DNA of 46,120 nt. It comes from an uncultured Dehalococcoidales bacterium. Lineage in GTDB: Bacteria; Chloroflexota; UBA6077; FW602-bin22; JAMCYS01. The stretch covers positions 1 through 46,120 of the forward strand of contig CAZMKF010000011.1 of NCBI GenBank assembly GCA_964566935.1. Direction: 5' to 3'. Each line of letters begins with the position of its first letter. Within the stretch, counting starts at the first letter, position 1. This document shows positions 1 to 7,787 of the stretch, piece by piece. The notes below the pieces were generated by a model. That model made no database searches. It had not been told where the DNA came from and worked only from the letters and a program-made list of their open reading frames with translations. A program made the position numbers and the translations under genes.

Positions 1-2
1 GC

Positions 3-161
3 TGTGTGGCCAACCCCACCGTGGCTGAGTTGGGGCGTGAACTGCGCTTGTGGGAAGACGTGTACAACCGGGTGCGGCCCCACCAGGCGCTCGGCTACCT
101 CACACCGCGCGAGTTCTTGATTAACTACTACCAACAACTAGCAACAAAGGAGGGACTGTAA
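3..161 (+). mobile_element. 3' end of a DDE (rve / integrase-core) IS transposase gene, truncated by the window edge
   Basis: Frame 3 is open from nt 3 to TAA at 159-161 and reads ...ELRLWEDVYNRVRPHQALGYLTPREFLINYY.... This is the conserved C-terminal YNxxRPHxALGxxTPxEF signature of rve-domain transposases (IS481/IS3-like). Confidence 0.75.
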
Positions 162-187
162 CGGAGGTAGCGAACGAGTACACCCAC

Positions 188-217
188 TTGACACACGCGA
201 ATGTGTGACTGTATAGT
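188..217 (+). promoter_or_regulatory. Candidate sigma70-type promoter for the ThDP-enzyme gene
   Basis: TTGACA (188-193), 18-nt spacer, TATAGT (212-217). If real, the ATG at 201 cannot be the start codon. A GTG at 276 preceded by GGAG (VKDTSTGEFFADVL...) is more plausible. Confidence 0.35.
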
Positions 218-1933
218 GCCTGCGTGCATGCAGTGTGGTTCATGCACGGTATCTTCTGCGATCTGGAGTTGGTCTGTGAAAGACACTAGCACCGGCGAAT
301 TCTTCGCTGACGTTCTTCAAGCGCAGAGCATAACCCACATCTTCTTGGTCCCCGCTGTGTTTCCGCAGGCAATGGCTGCCTTAGAAAAAACCGCAATCAG
401 GCGCGTCACAACACATCACGAGATGGCAGCTGCTTACATGGCGGATGGTTACGCCCGGGCGAGTAGGCGCGTCGGCATTTGCATGTCCCAAGCGGTTGGC
501 GCAGCACATATAGCGGCCGGGTTACGTGACGCTCATCTTTCTGGGTCATTGCCATAACAGGCGGGCCAATGACCGATTCCCGATACAAGTACTTATATCA
601 GATAAATGACGACTTCCCCATGTATGAACCAGTCACTAAGTTCAATGCTCGGGTTGACAACGCTGAGCGTTTACCCGATCTGATGAGACAAGCATTCCGA
701 GTTGCGACAACTGGCACTCCAGGCCCAGTACATTTGGAGATTCCAGGGAGGCTGGCGGAGGGGTGCACCGGCTTTGTCCATGACCCATTGTTGGCTGACA
801 TTTGTCTATACGCCCAGGTGCCAGCCCACCGCCCAGATCCTGAACCAGGTAGCATATCTGCAGCCTGCCGTATCCTGAGTAATGCAGAACGTCCAGTAAT
901 CATCAGCGGCGGTGGTGTAGCACTCTCCGGAGCACACGACGAGCTCGTGTTGTTAGCCGAGAAACTCGTAGCACCTGTCGCAACTACACCAAATGGCAAG
1001 GAAACGATCCCCGCAGCTCATCCCTTGGCAGTCGGTATGACTGGCTCATATGGAAGATCTTGCGCAAATCGGTTGGTACTAGAAGCAGACGTGGTCGTGA
1101 TGGTGGGTACCCGTGCTGGCGGTATCACAACTGGGAACTGGCACGTGCCGGCGGTAGGATCGACAGTGATTCAGATCGATATCAACCCGGAGGAGATCGG
1201 TCGTAACTATCCCGTAGAAGTGGCTATCGTCGGAGATGCCAGAAAGGCACTCGTGGCGTTAGTCAATGAGCTGAACGAGAAGGAACGTGACAACAGATGG
1301 GTACTTCATGCTCAGAGCTTGGTTAGAGAGTGGATGGATGCCACCAATCAGAGCCTTTCCTCAAGTAGCATCCCTATACATCCCGCTCGAATATGCCGCG
1401 AATTGAGCAAGGCAATGCCAGACGACACTGTGGTCTTATCCGACACTGGGCACGCTGCCGTCTGGAGCGGCACACTCCTCGATCTCAAACCCGGCCAAAG
1501 GTACATCCGCTGTGCGGGAACGCTAGGCTGGGCATTTCCTGCCACGATTGGAGCACAATGTGCTTTGCCCAAGAATACGGTAGTGTGTTTCACGGGCGAT
1601 GGGGGATTCTACTATCACCTGGCCGAACTGGAAACGGCGATCCGGTTTGGCCTGAACCCCGTCGTTGTGGTGAACAATAATGGTGCGCTGCAACAAGTGC
1701 GTCGGGGAATTGACGCAGCATACGGTGGAACTCAGTTCGGGCGTTCGCATGAGATGTGGGTCTTTCGAAAAGAAACTAGCCTAGCACGATTGGCGGAGGA
1801 GTTCGGATGGCTAGGTATGAGAGTGACCGATCCGGAAGACCTAGCCGGTTGTCTGTCCCAAGCTTTCGACAGTGACAGGCCTGCGTTGGTTGAAGTAATA
1901 ACTGACCTTGACGCACATCCTGCGACGGGTTGA
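201..1933 (+). pseudogene. Thiamine-diphosphate-dependent enzyme of the acetolactate synthase / sulfoacetaldehyde acetyltransferase-like family, interrupted by a single frameshift near 541-548
   Basis: ORF 201-557 carries the N-terminal ThDP pyrimidine-binding domain (HEMAAAYMADGYARASRRVGICMSQAVGAAHIAAGLRDAHLSG). The next frame continues directly with VIAITGGPMTDSRYKYLYQ... (ORF 569-1933), which holds the central and C-terminal ThDP domains (GTLGWAFPATIGAQ, FTGDGGFYYHLAELETA). The shift sits at a GGG run (tct ggg tca); one extra G would restore AHLSGVIAITGG. Confidence 0.75.
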
Positions 1934-1995
1934 AAATCGATCACCGGAGTTTGTTGAGCGACAATGAAGCTCCGAACGATGGAAGATGAATATCC

Positions 1996-3006
1996 ATGTC
2001 AATAAGAAGACCGCGAGTTAGGAGGGTTAGTATGCGCCGCGTCACTCTAGGATTTGCCGCGATTCTTATGCTCCTATCTGTACTAGGAGTTGGAGCATGC
2101 TCTTCATCGAGTGCCCCGAAGTATCCGGAGAAACCCATTAACCTCATAGTACCTTATCCGCCAGGTGGCGGTATGGACACCTCCGCAAGAGCGCTAATTG
2201 AAGCGCTAAAACCGTATGTCCCTCAACCAATAACGATCGTAAACCGCGGGGGCGCATCAGGTACGGTGGGAACCGCCGAAGTGATGCAGGCTAAGGCTGA
2301 CGGCTACACAATTGCGTGGACGTCGAATTCGGTCATGGCAATGCAGCCGCACCGAATGGATCTGCCGTGGAAGGCCCCAGAGACCTACGTCCCTATCACA
2401 AACGGTGTTGACCAGCTGTACGTGCTCGCAGTTGGAATTGACCAACCGTGGAACTCACTAGCCGATTTCGTGAATCACGCTAAGGCTAACCCAGGTGCTA
2501 TTCGCATAGGTGGGTCGGGCTTGGGTACTATCCCACACATGGATGTGGAGCTGTTCAAAGAGAGAGCCGGGATTAACCTCACCTTCGTCCCCTTCGAGGG
2601 AGATGGTCCTGCCTCAACGCAGTTGCTTGGCGGACACATAGAAGCTCACATGGCACCCCCCGCGTCGGTTCTGCCGCACGTAAAAGCTGGAAAACTCAAG
2701 CTCTTGGCAGTAATCGGGGATAAACGAAACGAAGCGATCCCTGATGTGCCAACATTCCAAGAGCAGGGAGTCGAAGTCAACCTCGTGGCGAGATATTTCC
2801 TTGCAGCGCCAAAAGGCACACCGGACTATGTCGTGAAGGTATTGGATGATGCAATGAAGCAGGCGTTGGCAACACCGGAGTTCAAGAAGTTCGCTTTTGA
2901 CAATATGTACAACATTTCGTACCTCTCTCCTCCTGACCTTAAAGAAACGCTCCAGGGAGATTACGCCTTTTTCGGGGACCTGGTTAAGAAACTCAATCTA
3001 AAGTAG
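1996..3006 (+). CDS. tctC: Tripartite tricarboxylate transporter (TTT) substrate-binding protein, TctC/Bug family, lipoprotein
   Basis: Shows the signal peptide with lipobox LGVGAC. Also has the Bug/TctC hallmark PINLIVPYPPGGGMDTSAR and is followed by tctB and tctA. Confidence 0.9.
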   Translation: MSIRRPRVRRVSMRRVTLGFAAILMLLSVLGVGACSSSSAPKYPEKPINLIVPYPPGGGMDTSARALIEALKPYVPQPITIVNRGGASGTVGTAEVMQAKADGYTIAWTSNSVMAMQPHRMDLPWKAPETYVPITNGVDQLYVLAVGIDQPWNSLADFVNHAKANPGAIRIGGSGLGTIPHMDVELFKERAGINLTFVPFEGDGPASTQLLGGHIEAHMAPPASVLPHVKAGKLKLLAVIGDKRNEAIPDVPTFQEQGVEVNLVARYFLAAPKGTPDYVVKVLDDAMKQALATPEFKKFAFDNMYNISYLSPPDLKETLQGDYAFFGDLVKKLNLK

Positions 3007-3043
3007 AGTAGAGTAGAACTTCGGACAAGTATATGGGATTCAG

Positions 3044-3106
3044 CATCGCTACGTGCTAGCGTACCCGAGCTTTCTAGGAAATGGGAATCTAATACACGTA
3101 GCGATG
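3044..3106 (+). repeat. 12-bp perfect inverted repeat (stem-loop) in the tctC-tctB intercistronic region
   Basis: CATCGCTACGTG (3044-3055) and its exact reverse complement CACGTAGCGATG (3095-3106) are separated by 39 nt. Confidence 0.6.
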
Positions 3107-3149
3107 TTTACTGACGAGCATTAGGGGTTATTAATCCAGAGGTCAGTCA

Positions 3150-3602
3150 ATGCGCAAGTCAACGATCACCCTGGCTGTGGTGGGCACCGTGCTTACAATC
3201 GGCTACTTGGCTGAGGCGACACGCTATCCCATGGGAACGCTAGCACAGCCGGGGGCGGGTTTCTATCCACTTTTAGTGGGTGCGTTACTGTTCATAGGGC
3301 TGGTGGGGACCGGCATCCAAGCTGTGAGGAGCCAGTCAAGCGAGCCGGTAGATTGGCCGAGGGGTAGTGCCAAATGGCGCGTGTTAAGCATCGTAATTGC
3401 ATGCGTCGGATACGTGATTGTAGTTCCAATCATCGGCCACATGGCTTCCGGTGCCCTTATTGCGTTCGCCGTGTTACAGGTTATGCATCTGAATCCGTTA
3501 CCACTTCGCATCGTATTATCCATCGTCTTTGGGGTCGTCTCTTATTACCTATTTGCCGAGATGCTCGGCGTTCCAATGTTGATCGGCTCGCTATTTGACT
3601 AA
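3150..3602 (+). CDS. tctB: TTT small membrane subunit, TctB family
   Basis: 150-aa protein with 4 TM segments, positioned between tctC and tctA. Confidence 0.8.
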   Translation: MRKSTITLAVVGTVLTIGYLAEATRYPMGTLAQPGAGFYPLLVGALLFIGLVGTGIQAVRSQSSEPVDWPRGSAKWRVLSIVIACVGYVIVVPIIGHMASGALIAFAVLQVMHLNPLPLRIVLSIVFGVVSYYLFAEMLGVPMLIGSLFD

Positions 3603-3633
3603 GTGACCACATTCGAAAAGGGGTTGTAAGCCA

Positions 3634-5130
3634 TTGGATCCGTTACAGGGACTGCTATACGGACTCTCTGTCGCACTGGCTCCAGAGAACATTCTGGCTG
3701 CATTGATCGGCGCCCTAGTGGGAACGCTTGTTGGTGTGCTTCCAGGAATCGGGCCCATGGGAGCAATGGCTTTATTGCTTTCCACAACGTTTGCTCTAAG
3801 GCCTGAAACCGCCGTGATCATGCTGGCTGGCATTTATTACGGTAGCATGTATGGAGGATCCACTACCTCTGTCTTGGTTAACGTTCCGGGCGAAGCAGCA
3901 TCGGTAATAACAGCCGTAGAAGGCTATCAGATGGCCAAGAAGGGCCGGGCTGGTCACGCGCTCGCGGTTGCTGCCATCGGCTCGTTCTTCGCCGGTACCG
4001 TGGGAATCTTGGGACTTACCCTGTTTGCACCAACAATCGCGCAGTTGGCTCTGTCATTCGGCTCACCCGAGTACTTTGCCGTAGCTCTCCTCGGTCTGAT
4101 TGCGCTTTCTCGAGTATCGGGAGGATCCTTTTGGAAAGGACTTGTCGTATTGGGCATAGGCTTGGGACTCGCGACCGTTGGTATGGAACTCGTCACTGGT
4201 GCGAATCGATATACCTTCGGACAGTATCAGCTTATGCAGGGCATCGACCTGGTTCCTGTCGCCATGGGTCTATTCGGTGTGGCCGAGGTTCTTGTAGTAG
4301 CGGAGCAGGCAGGCGGTTTACCTCAGGTTACAAGCGTGAAGTTACGTGACCTCTTTCCGGGTTTAGCCGAATGGAAGTTCGCCGTTCCTGCGATCTTACG
4401 CGGAACCGGTGTAGGGTTCCTAATCGGACTTATTCCGGGCCCGTCCGCAGTTATCTCTACGTTCGCGTCATACAACCTCGAGAAGCGAATATCGAAACGC
4501 CCAGAGGAGTTTGGGACAGGAGTGATTGAAGGAGTCGCCGGCCCAGAAACCGCTAACAACGCCGCAACGAGCGGAGCAATGGTGCCCCTCCTTTCTCTAG
4601 GCATACCATTCTCTCCACCCACGGCTCTTCTTCTTGCCGCACTGATGATCCAAGGGGTGCAACCTGGACCACTATTGATCACTGACCATCCTGAAGTATT
4701 CTGGGGAGTCGTTGCCTCAATGTATATTGGCAATCTCGCCCTTCTTGTTCTCAACCTACCGCTCATAGGTGTGTGGGTTAGTCTGTTGCGAACACCACAG
4801 CCTATCCTGTTGGCAGGAATACTAACGTTTGTCCTCATCGGCGCATACAGCGTCAACAATAGTGTATTGGACATTGCGATCGTTGTAATAACAGGAATCG
4901 TAGGATACGTACTTCGGAAGTTGAGATTTGACTTGGCACCGATCATCTTGGCACTCGTATTGGGGCCATTCCTAGAAAAGACTTTCCGACAGAGTCTGTA
5001 TATGAGCCGCGGGGATCCAATGATTTTCTTTCAGCGACCAATCAGCCTCGTTCTTATGCTTGCGATCCTGGCGATCTTATTTGCCCCTATCGGTTGGCGC
5101 ATCATCCGAGGCCAATACGCTAGAAAATGA
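3634..5130 (+). CDS. tctA: TTT large permease subunit, TctA family (TTG start)
   Basis: 498-aa polytopic protein. N-terminus LDPLQGLLYGLSVALAPENILAALIGALVGTLVGVLPGIGP and AGIYYGSMYGGSTTSVLVNVPGE are typical TctA motifs. Confidence 0.9.
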   Translation: MDPLQGLLYGLSVALAPENILAALIGALVGTLVGVLPGIGPMGAMALLLSTTFALRPETAVIMLAGIYYGSMYGGSTTSVLVNVPGEAASVITAVEGYQMAKKGRAGHALAVAAIGSFFAGTVGILGLTLFAPTIAQLALSFGSPEYFAVALLGLIALSRVSGGSFWKGLVVLGIGLGLATVGMELVTGANRYTFGQYQLMQGIDLVPVAMGLFGVAEVLVVAEQAGGLPQVTSVKLRDLFPGLAEWKFAVPAILRGTGVGFLIGLIPGPSAVISTFASYNLEKRISKRPEEFGTGVIEGVAGPETANNAATSGAMVPLLSLGIPFSPPTALLLAALMIQGVQPGPLLITDHPEVFWGVVASMYIGNLALLVLNLPLIGVWVSLLRTPQPILLAGILTFVLIGAYSVNNSVLDIAIVVITGIVGYVLRKLRFDLAPIILALVLGPFLEKTFRQSLYMSRGDPMIFFQRPISLVLMLAILAILFAPIGWRIIRGQYARK

Positions 5131-5161
5131 AGGCCGTGGGTGGCTCATGAAGAGAAACTAA

Positions 5162-5670
5162 ATGAGATTAGGCAGGGTTGCGGTCATCGGCACGGGTGTC
5201 ATGGGTCCTGGCATTGCCGCCACCTATGCCGCGTACCACTACCAAGCTGCAGTCTGTGACCAGGCAGCGCTTACCATAGCCGAACGCGTAATACATAATT
5301 GAAGATATCCTGCGACTGTTTAGTGACTTCGACATACTGAGGGAAGCTGATGTAGACGGTGCTATTGGCAGGATATCTCTCACAACCAGCTTAAACGAAG
5401 CAGTTTCGTACACTGATTTCGTGATTGAGACGATCGCAGAGCGGATCGAGACAAGGCTACCTTACTGAAAGATCTGGGTAGCATATGCGCCTGCAAACAC
5501 GCGTCGCGAGCAATACTTCTTTTGTGGCTGTTTTTGTGTTGCTCCCAGACCATCTTTTGACAACAGCATCTGAACGTGTGGGCACATCGACCCTTCGTTG
5601 TTGCTTCATGCTCAAGGTTAGTGTCTCCGTATCTCCAAGTATGTGGACACCATGGTGCCTGAGCAGTTAA
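5162..5670 (+). pseudogene. Decayed, 3'-truncated 3-hydroxyacyl-CoA / 3-hydroxybutyryl-CoA dehydrogenase gene
   Basis: ATG at 5162 gives MRLGRVAVIGTGVMGPGIAATYAA (Rossmann GxGxxG) and then a stop at 5300-5302. A second frame gives ...NEAVSYTDFVIETIAERIE.... A third frame (ORF 5485-5670) carries the VASNTS motif. Only about 500 nt of an expected ~850 nt remain. Confidence 0.6.
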
Positions 5671-5697
5671 GTAGGGCGTTTTCGCTGAGCAGTAACA
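5656..5697 (+). promoter_or_regulatory. Twin-repeat module, copy 1: TGCCTGAGCAGTTAA-N11-TCGCTGAGCAGTAACA
   Basis: 37 of 42 nt are identical to 41321-41362, with identical blocks of 15 and 16 nt at the same spacing. It ends 16 nt upstream of a TTGACG -35 box. Confidence 0.5.
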
Positions 5698-5713
5698 GCG
5701 GTAACATTTGTTG

Positions 5714-5743
5714 TTGACGATAGGATCACCTTCGTGTTACTTT
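5714..5743 (+). promoter_or_regulatory. Candidate promoter of the SDR / E2 / E1 operon
   Basis: TTGACG (5714-5719), 18-nt spacer, TACTTT (5738-5743). The -10 box lies inside the left arm of the 58-bp palindrome. Confidence 0.35.
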
Positions 5744-5786
5744 ATCGCCATGGTGCATGCACCATGGCGATAAAGTAACACGAAGG
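5729..5786. repeat. Perfect 58-bp palindrome (29-bp arms, no spacer)
   Basis: CCTTCGTGTTACTTTATCGCCATGGTGCA|TGCACCATGGCGATAAAGTAACACGAAGG, verified base by base with the centre between 5757 and 5758. It explains why the ORF track shows the same MHHGDKVTRR peptide on both strands. Confidence 0.95.
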
Positions 5787-5795
5787 GCTGTGATT

Positions 5796-6551
5796 ATGGG
5801 AAGACATTCGGGAAAGGTTGCACTTGTAACCGGAGGGGCACAGGGCATCGGTCTAAGCATCGCTAACACCCTCGCTTCAGAAGGATCTTCCGTGGCTATA
5901 ATCGACAGTCGTCCCAGGGAGCAGGCACAACCGACCTTCAATGGAGCACAGTCGTATCTATACATAGAAGCTGATATCTCGGACGAGAGACAGGTGATTC
6001 ACTCAGTTAAAAGCATCCTATCCATATTCGGCACCATAGATATCCTTGTGAATAACGCAGGGATTTCCCCCAAGCATAACGGTAAGAAGGTCGAAGCGGC
6101 GCTTATGAGTATCGAAGAATGGAAGCGCGTACTTGATGTGAATCTTACCGGCACATTCTTGATGTGCCGCGCAGTGATACAAACCATGTCATCACACCAT
6201 TGGGGGAGGATAATAAACATTTCATCGCAGGCGGGTAGAACAGGAGCCAAGATTGCTGGTTCACACTACGCCGCGTCTAAAGCCGGTATTATTGGATTCT
6301 CAAGAACGCTCGCCTTGGAGCTAGGGCCGCGTGGCATTACCGTTAACTGCATCGCCCCGGGCAGGATAAGGAGCGCTATGACGGCTGAAGCCCCTGAAAC
6401 AGATAACCTCAAATTCCTTGCTGGCACGCCACTGGGTCGGTTTGGGGACCCAAGCGAGATCGCGGCACTGGTTAGTTTCCTTGCTTCGGAAGATGCAAGT
6501 TTCATCACTGGGGCGACTATTGATATCAATGGCGGAAGCTTCACCTGTTAG
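5796..6551 (+). CDS. Short-chain dehydrogenase/reductase (FabG-like)
   Basis: KVALVTGGAQGIG (TGxxxGIG), NNAG, and the catalytic S...YAASK. The start was moved from the track's 5757 (inside the palindrome) to the in-frame ATG at 5796, which is preceded by GAAGG. Confidence 0.9.
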   Translation: MGRHSGKVALVTGGAQGIGLSIANTLASEGSSVAIIDSRPREQAQPTFNGAQSYLYIEADISDERQVIHSVKSILSIFGTIDILVNNAGISPKHNGKKVEAALMSIEEWKRVLDVNLTGTFLMCRAVIQTMSSHHWGRIINISSQAGRTGAKIAGSHYAASKAGIIGFSRTLALELGPRGITVNCIAPGRIRSAMTAEAPETDNLKFLAGTPLGRFGDPSEIAALVSFLASEDASFITGATIDINGGSFTC

Positions 6552-6603
6552 TGGCGACAACACCGAACACAAAGTGAACAACATTAAACAATAAGCGGAG
6601 TAG

Positions 6604-7779
6604 ATGAAGATGGCAAGACAAGTACTAATGCCAGCACTATCACAATCAATGCTCCAAGGCAGAATCGTAAAGTGGCTCAAAAAGGAGGGCGATAAGGTTA
6701 CCAAAGGCGAACCTCTCGTTACGGTAGAGAGTGACAAAGCCGAGGTTGACTTGGACTCCCCGCACACAGGCATACTGACTTCGATCATTGCAGATGAGGA
6801 CATGGAAGTCGATGTAGACGCCCCAATTGCCCTAATTGATGACTCATCTGATAGTTCGGAGACTGCCCCAACCCCATCCGTGTCTTCAGCTCCATCTAGG
6901 GTAGAGGAAGTTAACCTGCCGATTACTGCCGAGCAAGTAAGGCCTACATCCGCAAGTCACAGAGCGCCCGCCACCCCGAGGGCCAAACGTCTGGCAACAG
7001 AACATGGCGTAGATCTGGCACTTATCACAGGCACGGGACCTGACGGGATGGTGACAGACAAAGACGTCATGTCATTCGTCGCGGCCTCGGCAACCGACGC
7101 TGGAACGATGCGGGTCGTAGAGCTTAAGGGAATCAGGGGTTCAATCGCCGAAAGGATGTCCCACAGTCGACAAACTGCGGCCGACGTCACCACCATCGTG
7201 GATGTCGACATGCAACAAGTTGACAGGCTACGAGGTGTGAAGCGAATCACGTACACGTCAGCTATTGTGTGGGCAGTAGCGCATGCTTTGCGCGATTTCC
7301 CGATTATTAACTCTTGGATTGTAGATGACAGGATACTAATTCGAAAGGACGTGAACATCGGTGTCGCGGTCTCACTCGATGGAGCATTAGTCGTCCCAGT
7401 TCTGAGGAACGCAGACGCTATGGGTGTTTCACAGATAGATGAGGAGATTGGCGCACTTGCGACGAGGGCGCGAAACAAGAGTATCGTCCCAGATGACATG
7501 AAGGGTGGGACCTTCACCGTGACAAACTCGGGGACTTTTGGGTCCCTCATGTTTACTCCAATAATCAACCAGCCACAAGTAGCCATTCTAGGTGTTGGTA
7601 AGGTTCATGAAACTGCGGTGGTCCGTTCGGGGCAGATAGTCGTAAGTAAGGTCGCATACCTATGCCTTAGCTACGACCATAGGGCCGTCGACGGTGAGCC
7701 GGCGGTCAGATTCCTTCAGTCCGTGAAACAGAACCTAGAAACTATAGCGCCATCAGATTTAGAATCCACTAACCGATAG
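6604..7779 (+). CDS. 2-oxoacid / acetoin dehydrogenase complex E2 (dihydrolipoamide acyltransferase)
   Basis: Has a lipoyl domain with the VESDKA lipoyl-lysine motif and an Ala/Ser/Pro linker. Also has a peripheral subunit-binding domain (ATPRAKRLATEHGVDLALITGTGPDGMVTDKDV) and a catalytic domain with SYDHRAVDG. Confidence 0.9.
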   Translation: MKMARQVLMPALSQSMLQGRIVKWLKKEGDKVTKGEPLVTVESDKAEVDLDSPHTGILTSIIADEDMEVDVDAPIALIDDSSDSSETAPTPSVSSAPSRVEEVNLPITAEQVRPTSASHRAPATPRAKRLATEHGVDLALITGTGPDGMVTDKDVMSFVAASATDAGTMRVVELKGIRGSIAERMSHSRQTAADVTTIVDVDMQQVDRLRGVKRITYTSAIVWAVAHALRDFPIINSWIVDDRILIRKDVNIGVAVSLDGALVVPVLRNADAMGVSQIDEEIGALATRARNKSIVPDDMKGGTFTVTNSGTFGSLMFTPIINQPQVAILGVGKVHETAVVRSGQIVVSKVAYLCLSYDHRAVDGEPAVRFLQSVKQNLETIAPSDLESTNR

Positions 7780-7787
7780 AAGGAGTA

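Noticed and set aside
186-201. A third full copy of the IS256-like end motif after the rve transposase
   Set aside because: Only ACTTGACAC plus an alternating CG/CA tail is shared. The TTTTGCAGA part and the offset palindrome are missing. The transposase family also differs, and the TTGACA here also serves as a plausible -35 box. It is mentioned only as a weak similarity.
4323-4946. 207-aa minus-strand ORF (and similar ones at 12989-13552 and 6957-7586)
   Set aside because: They are antisense to tctA, tctA copy 2 and the E2 gene respectively, all of which have strong family motifs.
5168-5413. 81-aa minus-strand ORF
   Set aside because: The plus strand here carries recognisable, though frameshifted, 3-hydroxyacyl-CoA dehydrogenase sequence. 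The minus-strand ORF has no features.
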